64,000 bases of DNA. It comes from a virus. Below the pieces are notes generated by a model, which saw only the letters and a list, made by a program, of their open reading frames with translations, made no database searches and had not been told where the DNA came from. The stretch is taken from positions 1-64,000 of the IMG/VR virus record IMGVR_UViG_3300031994_000086; one strand, 5' to 3'. The translations under genes and the position numbers were made by a program. Numbering within the stretch: the stretch's first letter is position 1; each line of letters opens with the position of its first letter. Of this stretch, positions 28,035 through 37,467 are shown in pieces.

Positions 28035-30644
28035 TTAATAATTACTAAAATAATTAGACATCAAGACCTTTCTGGACATAGTTCGGACTACTTGTCCGTC
28101 AAATTCCAACTTATAGATATGCCTACCTTTGGCGGGTATAAGATATATACTGCCATTCTCTGCTAACACTCCACCTGCACATTTAGCCTCGTTATAATCA
28201 CCGCCTACTGTGTCGCTGATAGTATCTACAATAGTAACAGTGTCGTTAGTCGGGTCTAACTCCCATACATCAGTTCCATTACCTACTCCAGAATACAACT
28301 TGCCATTCAGTGCGAGTTCAGTGCTGTAATAACCAGTTCCAACTGTGCCTTCGTGAATAAAAGATATTGTGTCATTATTTACTACATCAATCTTGAGTAT
28401 GCCTCCATTTGTTCTGTTAGTGAAGCCGTAAATACATTTATTGTTCGGTGCTACACTTGCACCATACACACTACATGATTGCAACACACTCCCCAATTCT
28501 GTGATTGCGTCATTCAACGGATTTAATTTCAAAACCTTAGCGTTATATTCAGGGATGAAATAGATATATCCATTTGGATGGTATATACAGGCACTATAGC
28601 GTGCAATATATGTAAGAATATTCTCACCAAGACGTTCAATTTGCCATGTTCTCAGGTTTATCTTCAGTATATGATTAGCGGCGCGGGGAGCAAGATACAT
28701 ATAGTCACCGACGATACAACCTCCATAATGGTGGTTTTGCTCGTAATTAGTACCTAAATCCACTTCTTCTACGCCTTGTGTAACAGGGTCGATAATCAGT
28801 ACAGAATTAGCAGACCTTGGATAACCGTATATCATGCCATTCTTGCCGATGCCACAACCTGACCATTTGAAGCTGCCAGAAGATAAGTTACCGAACAGAC
28901 AATATGTATCAGTCTCAGGATTTATCTCTAAGACTTGCCTATTCCCATTCGTTATGCCGTATATCCGACCATTCGCTGCCATACATGCTCCTACCCACTT
29001 GAAGTCGAAGTCAAACGAACCTATGCTTTTATGTTGCTTGTATGACAGAATAGCGTTAGCATCTGTAACAGGCACGACTTCACCATCATAATCTACGCCA
29101 GAAATTATGCGTGCATATAGTTCAGAATTGAAATTCTTGGTCTTAATATGACCGTCAGACAGACGCATTAGTACATTTCCGTCTTCATCGGAAACATCGA
29201 GGTCTGACTCAACATCAGTATCCGTTATAGATGGTGTCGTATCATACACACCACCACTCTTAACAGGATTGTCGCTGTCAGCAGTAGGTACATCGTCCAC
29301 ATCATCCTCTGTGATGTAGCCTACATCATTATTGAATGCGGACACATTAGTCGGCACTGTTGGGATTGTTGGCTTGTCCGCCAAGTCGTTGTAGCTTCCC
29401 GATGTGGCTACAGCTGCAAGATCATCTGTGTTCGCTTTACCGTTAAGCAATGTAGTCAACTCACTATTCGTAGGCAGGTCGGACAACTTAGTGACAAGAC
29501 CGCTGGTAATATCACTGTTCAGTGCCGCCCACTGAGCAGCCGTAAAACCGCTGTTGTTTAACGAGTATTCGTACGCCCATGCAGTGCCATCATACTTGTA
29601 TCTGTCTATGCGTGCAATCTCTGTAGGTGTATCATCTGCCGTAGGTATCTGCACAAAGCAATAGTCATTGTTATCAGCAGTCTGTATCGCAGTAGCAAGT
29701 GCTGTGGCTATCTGTGCGTGTGTTGCTGATATTGTCAGTGACAAGTCAGTAACAAGGTTGTACGCACCTCTGTATGTTGCCGTAGCGGTTGCAATCGAGG
29801 AATTGACAAAATCCTTGTCTGCGAGTTGGTTGCTTGATGATGCCTGCGCAGGGATAACCGCCTCAATATCCGTAATTTTTTGTTTATCATCAGCCGACAT
29901 CAGTCCGTTCTTCTCCGTCGTTGCTGCTGGTATCTGCTCAATGGCTGTCTTCTCCCAGACTACGGAGTCTTGGTCAAAGCCAATAGTACCTCTGTATATG
30001 CTATTGCCGAATGTCTGAAACCTGCCGTCAGGAGATGACACCGACCAACCGCCTGCACTGAATGAGCCAGTCTGATTGATAACTCCCTGTTTATCAGCAA
30101 GAGTCATCATTATGTTTCCTTGCGAATAGATAGTCATATTACCATGTCCGTCATTATCCATCTTTGGAACATACACGTCAAGGTCAGGCTTGTTCTTGAT
30201 GTAGTCCACGGCACTTGCATCCGTCTGTGCCCAGTCGGCTTGTTGCTGCTCAATGCCACCGCCACCGCCAGCGGTGATGGTGCTCTCCAACTCCACAGAT
30301 GCAGCCTCTATCACGTCACCATCGTCACCGTCCTCCTCCATGTAGGAGTGTGGAACGAGCGTCACGGCATCCACTACGTCAAGTGTTACCATGCCGTCCT
30401 CGCCCTTGTTCTCCTGCAACACTGCCACATAGTTGCCTAATGTGACTTGATGCTTGCCTCGGAAGGTGAACGTCACCACGCCAGTGGCTATGGTTACGTC
30501 TTCGATAGTCACAGGTCGCTGCAAGGGAGATATGAGTTTTACCTCTACCTCCTTGCCGTCGAATGATTCTGGCGTTTGAGACTCTCCGCTCTTGCGGTAG
30601 ATATGCCAGGTGAATTGTATGTCGTTGCCTATTCTCTTCTTCAT
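28035..30644 (-). CDS. tail fibre / receptor-binding protein with C-terminal six-bladed beta-propeller repeats
   Basis: 869 aa; six repeats 'NG.IYG/Y.P...N.VLKI(D/N)P' in the C-terminal 350 aa. Confidence 0.5.
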   Translation of the reverse strand: MKKRIGNDIQFTWHIYRKSGESQTPESFDGKEVEVKLISPLQRPVTIEDVTIATGVVTFTFRGKHQVTLGNYVAVLQENKGEDGMVTLDVVDAVTLVPHSYMEEDGDDGDVIEAASVELESTITAGGGGGIEQQQADWAQTDASAVDYIKNKPDLDVYVPKMDNDGHGNMTIYSQGNIMMTLADKQGVINQTGSFSAGGWSVSSPDGRFQTFGNSIYRGTIGFDQDSVVWEKTAIEQIPAATTEKNGLMSADDKQKITDIEAVIPAQASSSNQLADKDFVNSSIATATATYRGAYNLVTDLSLTISATHAQIATALATAIQTADNNDYCFVQIPTADDTPTEIARIDRYKYDGTAWAYEYSLNNSGFTAAQWAALNSDITSGLVTKLSDLPTNSELTTLLNGKANTDDLAAVATSGSYNDLADKPTIPTVPTNVSAFNNDVGYITEDDVDDVPTADSDNPVKSGGVYDTTPSITDTDVESDLDVSDEDGNVLMRLSDGHIKTKNFNSELYARIISGVDYDGEVVPVTDANAILSYKQHKSIGSFDFDFKWVGACMAANGRIYGITNGNRQVLEINPETDTYCLFGNLSSGSFKWSGCGIGKNGMIYGYPRSANSVLIIDPVTQGVEEVDLGTNYEQNHHYGGCIVGDYMYLAPRAANHILKINLRTWQIERLGENILTYIARYSACIYHPNGYIYFIPEYNAKVLKLNPLNDAITELGSVLQSCSVYGASVAPNNKCIYGFTNRTNGGILKIDVVNNDTISFIHEGTVGTGYYSTELALNGKLYSGVGNGTDVWELDPTNDTVTIVDTISDTVGGDYNEAKCAGGVLAENGSIYLIPAKGRHIYKLEFDGQVVRTMSRKVLMSNYFSNY

Positions 30645-30680
30645 AGCAATACCTTAGTTGTGATGTTATTATCTGTATAT

Positions 30681-32879
30681 CTATCCTCCCACAAATTTAA
30701 TCGTCGGCTGTAACATTACGTTGAGGTCAGTGCCGTTTACTTTTTCAATAATGATTTTCTTACTGCTTGCCAATGGGGTGTTACCGTAGTCAAGGACACA
30801 TTCTACAAACGTGTTACTATTATTGGGTAAAGTCACAGTGGTTGACTGTGTATTATCTTCGTCTGCAACAGTCAGCGTGACTGAACCCGTACCTTCAGGA
30901 TTTCTCAGCATCAATTTCACAGCATACAACTCGTGACCGCTTGTAATTACAATGTCACCGCCCTGGCACACAAAAGCATATTCGTTTTGCCCTATCTGCG
31001 CTTCGCTAAGAGTGAAATTCTCGTCATTGGAGAAAACCTCATTGCTCGTATAGTTTGTATCTATATTTGTGTAATGATTATTTTGTATGTCTGCTTCTTG
31101 TCCCTCTGTGCTGGTATTGAGAAGTAGTGCTTTTAGTGCTCCCCAATACACAGAGTTTGTTGAATCGAAATTCATATAGTTGTCACCCATACGGATTATT
31201 CCCCCGTTGGATGTCAGCTCGGAAAACAATGTAGCAAAAGTATCGGAGCCTCCACCGCCTTGACCACGCTCTTGCCACAATGTATCAACGTGTGATTTAT
31301 CTGTGGCTGACATCTTGCCTGAGAATTGTGTACTTGCTATATTTTCTCCAAAAGCCCTCAGAACCCACTCAGGAACATCGGTGTCATCATAACTGTCCAT
31401 ATACTCCCAGCCTGTTGTAGAATTGCCAAAGGTGTGAAATTCAAAACCGCTTTCTTCCGAAGCGTCCATATGCTGGATGCAGAATATCAAAGTCCAAGAT
31501 GTTGCTCCGTCTTGTATTACTCGCAAGTGTGATATTGGTCTGCCTGAATATACATACAGTCCAGTCCAAGGTAATACAGAACCCTCTGTAAGATACCTCG
31601 TCAATTCAATGGTGGTCGCTTTGTCTCCTACTGCTTGCGACAGAGCTTGTTCTACTGTCTCTGCACGAGTTTTCTCTGCCGATAATGCAGTCGTACTCGC
31701 TTTGCCTGCAAGAGCAGTGTCCATCTCTTCTACAGTAGCAAGGTCTTTGCCGACACCATTTACGGTTTTCTGCATAATGGGAGATTCAACAGAAGAAGGT
31801 GTAATCTTTGTCGTGTTATCTCCATTTGTGAGTGTTATAGAGCCATCTGTAGAAATTTTATCTGCTGTGACATTACCCAAAGTGGTTTTCCCTCCAAAGG
31901 TGTTATTGCCGCTAAAAGTATTATCGCCGCTTTTGGTAGGTAAGGCACTAATAGCATCTTGTAAGGCATCAATATCTCCTTCCGCAGCACTTACATGATT
32001 TGCAAGGTTTGTTAAATCCGAAGCAGATGCTTTGCCATTGACAGCCCCACTGAGGGTTTCTATATCATCCTCTAAATCTTCTATATCGCTTGCAAGGGCT
32101 GACTGAGCATTTTCCAAAGCCTTACCTCTGTTACCTGCAAATGCTGTTTGCGCTGTCTCTCCAAGAGCAAGACTTGGACTCACCTCCGAATACTGCGTGC
32201 CACTCCATCTGTACTGCTTATTTGTGTCAAGCGCAAGATATATATGAGCATCATCACCTGTTGCAGGAAATTCAGAGATACTTGTATACTCCAATATATC
32301 ATCAACGTATGCAGGTAACTGATTGGCTGGCACCTTGCCGTCCACCAAATCCGCCTTGGTGCTGATACTTGCATTTATCATAGATTGCACCGTGGCACTG
32401 TCTAACTCGCCTATACGTTGCCATTCAGTCCACGTTGTCACACCGTTAACTCTCTGACTGCTACGAGTGTAAATACCCACTCCTGTGAGAATACCTCCGT
32501 TGGACATCACATAACCATTAAGTATCGTTTGTGTGTATTGGTCGCCTGCATAACTAATGACATTTTGCAGAACATAAACGAAAGCGCCATTGATATACAA
32601 GCGTAACAAGCCAAGCGGTACTGCACCACCCTCCGTTGTGTGCAAGCTATTAAGCCATTCTTTTGCATCTAAGTATGCTTGCTCCCCTCCTGAGAACTGC
32701 TTGTAGTAGAATGGGTCAAGGGTATTATCGTGTGGAATGGAGTTACCTTGTGCATCCCTGTCCTTGCCTTGCATACGATAAACAAGGTCGGTGACATCTT
32801 TTGTCAAATCAGCCACTCTTTCATCCTGTAAATCGTAAGGAACGCCTCTTACAACTATGTCTGATATGTTTCCTGCCAT
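30681..32879 (-). CDS. tail fibre / structural protein
   Basis: 732 aa, Ala/Ser/Thr/Gly-rich fibrous segments. Confidence 0.45.
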   Translation of the reverse strand: MAGNISDIVVRGVPYDLQDERVADLTKDVTDLVYRMQGKDRDAQGNSIPHDNTLDPFYYKQFSGGEQAYLDAKEWLNSLHTTEGGAVPLGLLRLYINGAFVYVLQNVISYAGDQYTQTILNGYVMSNGGILTGVGIYTRSSQRVNGVTTWTEWQRIGELDSATVQSMINASISTKADLVDGKVPANQLPAYVDDILEYTSISEFPATGDDAHIYLALDTNKQYRWSGTQYSEVSPSLALGETAQTAFAGNRGKALENAQSALASDIEDLEDDIETLSGAVNGKASASDLTNLANHVSAAEGDIDALQDAISALPTKSGDNTFSGNNTFGGKTTLGNVTADKISTDGSITLTNGDNTTKITPSSVESPIMQKTVNGVGKDLATVEEMDTALAGKASTTALSAEKTRAETVEQALSQAVGDKATTIELTRYLTEGSVLPWTGLYVYSGRPISHLRVIQDGATSWTLIFCIQHMDASEESGFEFHTFGNSTTGWEYMDSYDDTDVPEWVLRAFGENIASTQFSGKMSATDKSHVDTLWQERGQGGGGSDTFATLFSELTSNGGIIRMGDNYMNFDSTNSVYWGALKALLLNTSTEGQEADIQNNHYTNIDTNYTSNEVFSNDENFTLSEAQIGQNEYAFVCQGGDIVITSGHELYAVKLMLRNPEGTGSVTLTVADEDNTQSTTVTLPNNSNTFVECVLDYGNTPLASSKKIIIEKVNGTDLNVMLQPTIKFVGG

Positions 32880-33137
32880 AATAAGAAGATGTTTATTTAC
32901 AAAATTAGAAAAAAAATCTATTAAAACAAAGTAAAAAGTCTAAAAATATTAGAATAAAATTATAACACATAAAATATTTTTCTACTTTTGTGCATATATA
33001 TGGTTAGTTTAACTTAGGTTTGCAAAAATAGAATATGCTTCTATATTTTGATAGAAGTGCAGATTATTGTGCGATATTTCTTGCGTACTTGGCAAAGTAT
33101 TTGTATTTTTGTGGGAGTAATTCTAAACAATAGGAAT

Positions 33138-33719
33138 ATGAGGAAATTTTATTTGTATATCGTGACAGTCGTTGCGTTTTTATTTTTAGCAGGGTGTAAT
33201 AATGCTAATAATGGTAATGATGACAAAAAAGCCGAAATAGATACAGCTGCGTATGTATTGCAGGTTCTTGACAGTCTTGAAAAAGGTGGTGTGACATATC
33301 ATAAAGAAAACTGGGAAATAGGATTATTTGGCTATGAATTTAACCGAATTAAGGTAAACACTAATCGTGTGGCGTTATCATCTGACACACTATATTTCGT
33401 GAATTTAGAATGCAAGAAATACAAATATGAGAGTGCTATTATCCCCGAAACAGAGATATCTAAGTTTCGAGAGGTGATAAAAAGTATGATAGACAATAGC
33501 AAAAGAGATGTTAAAACTCCAGAACACTATACCTATACATCCAAATCAGGCTTAATGTTAAATATGAATTTAGTAAATGAGAAAGGCAAATATGATATGT
33601 CTATGTTCCTAAAAGGCAAGAATAGTGATAATCTATTTATATTTAGGGATGACCTAATAAAACTTGATAGCTTATTATGCCAGGCACAAATAAAGATTAA
33701 GGAACTGAAAAAGAAATAG
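33138..33719 (+). CDS. lipoprotein moron on the opposite strand within the tail module
   Basis: Signal 'MRKFYLYIVTVVAFLFLAGC' with lipobox; own promoter region and terminator; opposite to all flanking genes. Confidence 0.5.
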   Translation: MRKFYLYIVTVVAFLFLAGCNNANNGNDDKKAEIDTAAYVLQVLDSLEKGGVTYHKENWEIGLFGYEFNRIKVNTNRVALSSDTLYFVNLECKKYKYESAIIPETEISKFREVIKSMIDNSKRDVKTPEHYTYTSKSGLMLNMNLVNEKGKYDMSMFLKGKNSDNLFIFRDDLIKLDSLLCQAQIKIKELKKK

Positions 33720-33723
33720 AGCA

Positions 33724-33750
33724 GGGGAGGCTTAAAACCTCCCCTTTCTT
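33724..33750. terminator. bidirectional terminator (GGGGAGG-cttaaaa-CCTCCCC)
   Basis: Perfect 7-bp GC stem followed by a T-rich run. Confidence 0.5.
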
Positions 33751-36376
33751 ATTTACCTAACATCTGTTGTAGTGTTACGTTCTGTGGCTTCTCCGTCAGT
33801 GCCACCTCATACTTTGGCAGATATTCCTCTTGGTACTTGATAGTAAGCGTTTTGATGTATCGCTTTACATCGCCAGCATTAAGGTCGCCCGTAGTGCCTT
33901 CCTCGTCACCTGCATCCCTATCATTAAACTGTATCGTAAGACCTTCCTGTATCTTGTTAGCAAGTGCAGGGTGACTTGCAAGGAACTGATTGTCTAACTC
34001 AGGAGCATACTGATATACCTCGTGGTCATATTCTGCAAGATACTCCCTCGCCTGATTTAATAGGCGCACCTCTGCGCTCTCTACGTAGATGTCTGGCATA
34101 TAGATACCCGTCAAAACGTATTGGTCGCCACTTTGCAGCTGGAATACACTGTTCGGGAAATACATATTCATAGTATCTATATCGCTATCATCTCTGGCGA
34201 GCCTTAGTTTATAGCCTGCCTCCCAAGGAGACAACTCTTCACAGCCAAGTATCTCAAAACTCCTGCCTGCGCACATACCGCTTTTCATACACAACATCGG
34301 TTTGTCATAAGGGTCAAAGAAATCCTCGACATTAAAGAATATCTGCGGTATATTCACATAGAACTCATCTTCAATCGGTGCACCGTTGGTATCTGTTTTT
34401 TGTTCTTTTTTGTCGATGTTGTCATCCATAACACCGTTGTCTATCACACCTGAGCCTTCTACAAGCATATCAAGTCTGCCATGACTGTCTGGCACGTTAT
34501 TGTAAAGATAGCTTGTTATGGCATTAATCTGTGACTGTGTTATCTTGTATTGATGATTGCGAGAAATATCTAACTCTGTTCCCCACGGCTGATATACTCC
34601 ATCTTTGTACATCAGTTCGTTTAATTTCGCCTGAAAAGTGTTTACGAAGGCAGTTGCAGCCACAGAGTTATATTTCGCAATCTGCATAGGCGTGACATTC
34701 TCTTTTGTGATTATTATCAACTGCCTTACCTTAACGCCTTTTTCAAAGTCATAGTCTGTATATTCCGTTTCTTCAAAGACATAAGTAGTGCTTATTTCGC
34801 CAATAACCAACTTACCTCTGTTTACCCAAGCACCAGTGGAGCTACCTAAGCCATATCTGTTTGCATTATAATTGTCTAATCCATAACCAGATATAATAGT
34901 CCACTCTGGCTCGTAATAATAGAAATCAGGATAAACCTCGAAACTGCCGTTTGCGATAAGATATCTATTTGTCCCCTCTATCTTTCTTGTAAGCTCCTTA
35001 CCTTTTGCAAGGTGAGCGGTAGCATATATCCACGGCTTCTCTGCCTGATATTCCACATATTCGCAGTAACTATGAGGGTTAACACCTGCGTAGAACGCCT
35101 GCACAAGATTTCGCCAACCAGAAACCAAAGGTATCTGTGTCTTATCCTCATTGTTGTAGTCTATCAGGATGCGTGCCAAAAATTCCCAAGTCTCGGAATA
35201 TGTATGCCCTGTTTGGTCTGCGAGCCATGCTTGTAAAGTCGTGAAAATAGTTTGCTGCTCCTCACTCGCACCTGTATAATATCCTGTCATTCCTGGTGAT
35301 ATGTGATGTATGCGCATACCTTCTAATGACGGATATATCTCCTGCCATTTCTCATCGCTGCCATCAAATGTTACAGTACCCTCACGTAAGCCATATTTGG
35401 CGATAGTTTCACTGTCTATATAGGCATCGTACATCTTACTCTTTATCACCCAGTTATTATAGGGGAGCATAAGTTTATTGATATATGTAGCCTCTAACAG
35501 ATATTTGCCGTTTTCGTCAAATAACTCAGGGTACTGGATATTGTCGTTGTATTTTTTGTTGTAGTATCGGAAAGGCAGGTTTCGTGTACTACCGTATGCG
35601 TGCAGTCTTGTGACAATCGCCTCACTTTCGTCTCTTGACTGTGTTAGGCTTTTCAGTCCTCTACCTTCTCCATAACCCCAACTATCTACATTGATTGTTG
35701 TGTCTCCACCAACAATGATGGTATTAACACCATTAATAACGGTAATGATGTAGTTTAGTTCAAACAGTGAGTTGTAAAGGTTTAGCGCATCATGAAGATT
35801 GGTGCCGCTGCTAACAGAGACAGATTTGTCTGTTATTTCTATCGGTGCGCCGTGTACTATTATCTCTCCGTCAGAGTCATACACATCTTCCGTGGCAATG
35901 ATAATGTTCCACACACCCTCTCCGTAGGCAAGGATAAGGTTTGCCAATATCCTATTTGCTAAATCGTCAGGCTTTGTCATATAGAACGAGAAAGCGTCAA
36001 GACCAGAGTAATGCAATAGATTGTCGCCTATAACATAGTCCTTAAACTGTATCACAACGAGGTCATTGACAATACTCTGGAATACAACATTCTCATATAC
36101 TAAGCCTGCACCGTATTCGCCTCTGCGTGCTTGCTTTTTTGCAGGTGGAGTGGCTTTAATCTTAAAATACTGACCTCGGAGATATACATAATCATCTATC
36201 TGCCAGTCTATCTTCACTGGTGAATGTACAGTGGCGGTGACTTTCCTGTCACCCATATATTCCCCGTTGTACTGCCATTTGCTCAGTACGGTACGTACCG
36301 TTTGTCCGTCTTTACTGTAAACTGTTAGTCCTGCCATAATTATACGATGTAAAGGGTTTGACCTACAACATAACAA
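33749..36376 (-). CDS. large tail (baseplate/Tal-like) protein
   Basis: 875 aa, position distal to the TMP. Confidence 0.45.
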   Translation of the reverse strand: MLCCRSNPLHRIIMAGLTVYSKDGQTVRTVLSKWQYNGEYMGDRKVTATVHSPVKIDWQIDDYVYLRGQYFKIKATPPAKKQARRGEYGAGLVYENVVFQSIVNDLVVIQFKDYVIGDNLLHYSGLDAFSFYMTKPDDLANRILANLILAYGEGVWNIIIATEDVYDSDGEIIVHGAPIEITDKSVSVSSGTNLHDALNLYNSLFELNYIITVINGVNTIIVGGDTTINVDSWGYGEGRGLKSLTQSRDESEAIVTRLHAYGSTRNLPFRYYNKKYNDNIQYPELFDENGKYLLEATYINKLMLPYNNWVIKSKMYDAYIDSETIAKYGLREGTVTFDGSDEKWQEIYPSLEGMRIHHISPGMTGYYTGASEEQQTIFTTLQAWLADQTGHTYSETWEFLARILIDYNNEDKTQIPLVSGWRNLVQAFYAGVNPHSYCEYVEYQAEKPWIYATAHLAKGKELTRKIEGTNRYLIANGSFEVYPDFYYYEPEWTIISGYGLDNYNANRYGLGSSTGAWVNRGKLVIGEISTTYVFEETEYTDYDFEKGVKVRQLIIITKENVTPMQIAKYNSVAATAFVNTFQAKLNELMYKDGVYQPWGTELDISRNHQYKITQSQINAITSYLYNNVPDSHGRLDMLVEGSGVIDNGVMDDNIDKKEQKTDTNGAPIEDEFYVNIPQIFFNVEDFFDPYDKPMLCMKSGMCAGRSFEILGCEELSPWEAGYKLRLARDDSDIDTMNMYFPNSVFQLQSGDQYVLTGIYMPDIYVESAEVRLLNQAREYLAEYDHEVYQYAPELDNQFLASHPALANKIQEGLTIQFNDRDAGDEEGTTGDLNAGDVKRYIKTLTIKYQEEYLPKYEVALTEKPQNVTLQQMLGK

Positions 36377-36933
36377 TGCTCATAAGGCACAACTTCTTCG
36401 CCATTGATAATAAGTCCTGTACCTCCCTCAGAATCTATCGTGCCTGTTGCGCTATCGTAAAACACTTCCGTCAAAGGGTCGTTAACCTTAAAAGTAGCTT
36501 CAATGCTAAACACATACCCTCCGTCATTCAAGGCTTCATATTCCGCTTCGTCGTCAAGTTTCTGCAAACGAATATCCTTGCGCCCTACTCCGTGGTACTC
36601 GTCATATATCATAAAAGCTACGCCCGTATTGTCACGCCCTAAGAGATAATTACGTAGCCGTGAATACCTTGTGTACAACTCTTCTTTCGTTCCTTTTGAG
36701 ATGAATTTTACCTTCATATCGTAGGATTTGATGCGTAGGTGTGCAGGCATCCATTCGTTACTGCCATCCTCATCAAAATAATCGACTGTATCGACATCCT
36801 TGACATCAGTGGATAAATCAAATGGAAGTTCCTGTATGACAAAGCCGAAGTGTTCCCTGATATTGTATGTAGGTCTTGCGTTACCTTCGCCATCCGCTCC
36901 CATTTTTCTTATGTAAACATTTACAAGTGCCAT
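36340..36933 (-). CDS. distal tail protein candidate
   Basis: 197 aa, directly downstream of the TMP module. Confidence 0.35.
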   Translation of the reverse strand: MALVNVYIRKMGADGEGNARPTYNIREHFGFVIQELPFDLSTDVKDVDTVDYFDEDGSNEWMPAHLRIKSYDMKVKFISKGTKEELYTRYSRLRNYLLGRDNTGVAFMIYDEYHGVGRKDIRLQKLDDEAEYEALNDGGYVFSIEATFKVNDPLTEVFYDSATGTIDSEGGTGLIINGEEVVPYEHCYVVGQTLYIV

Positions 36934-36945
36934 AGTGTATAGTTT

Positions 36946-37467
36946 TTATCGTGTTTTACTTTCGCCAAAGAAACCTTTGCGCTCTTTTATTGAAATGTTC
37001 TCCCCGTGTATTTCTATCTTCGCATCGCCGTAGTTGTGCAAGAATACTTTTGATGTTTCGTCACACCAAATGCGCACTGTCGTGAAATCCAATGTGTTTA
37101 CCCATACTTTTGCATTATTGGAAGCGACAAGCTCAAGCACGGATTGATGCCGTACGTATATCTCGCCAACTATTCCTTGCATTAGTACCCTGGCGTTGGT
37201 ATCGCCTAACAGTACCGACATCTGTCTGTTAACTATCAAAGCGTTCTCATCAGCATATATACCGAAGGAATTGATTGTTTCACCAAATTTCTCTTTGATA
37301 AAATCCACAGAAGGGTAGTTGTGTTTGAGACAGAAATCAATTCCTCGGAGGTACTTTTCAATTAGTACCTCCTTAGAACTGTTATCTTCCCACTCCTGTT
37401 GCCACTGGTCGCATAGACCAAGACTGACAGCTTTTTCTTTGCAAATATCTGATAGTGTGCTCTCCAT
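36946..37467 (-). CDS. tail protein, hypothetical
   Basis: 173 aa. Confidence 0.35.
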   Translation of the reverse strand: MESTLSDICKEKAVSLGLCDQWQQEWEDNSSKEVLIEKYLRGIDFCLKHNYPSVDFIKEKFGETINSFGIYADENALIVNRQMSVLLGDTNARVLMQGIVGEIYVRHQSVLELVASNNAKVWVNTLDFTTVRIWCDETSKVFLHNYGDAKIEIHGENISIKERKGFFGESKTR

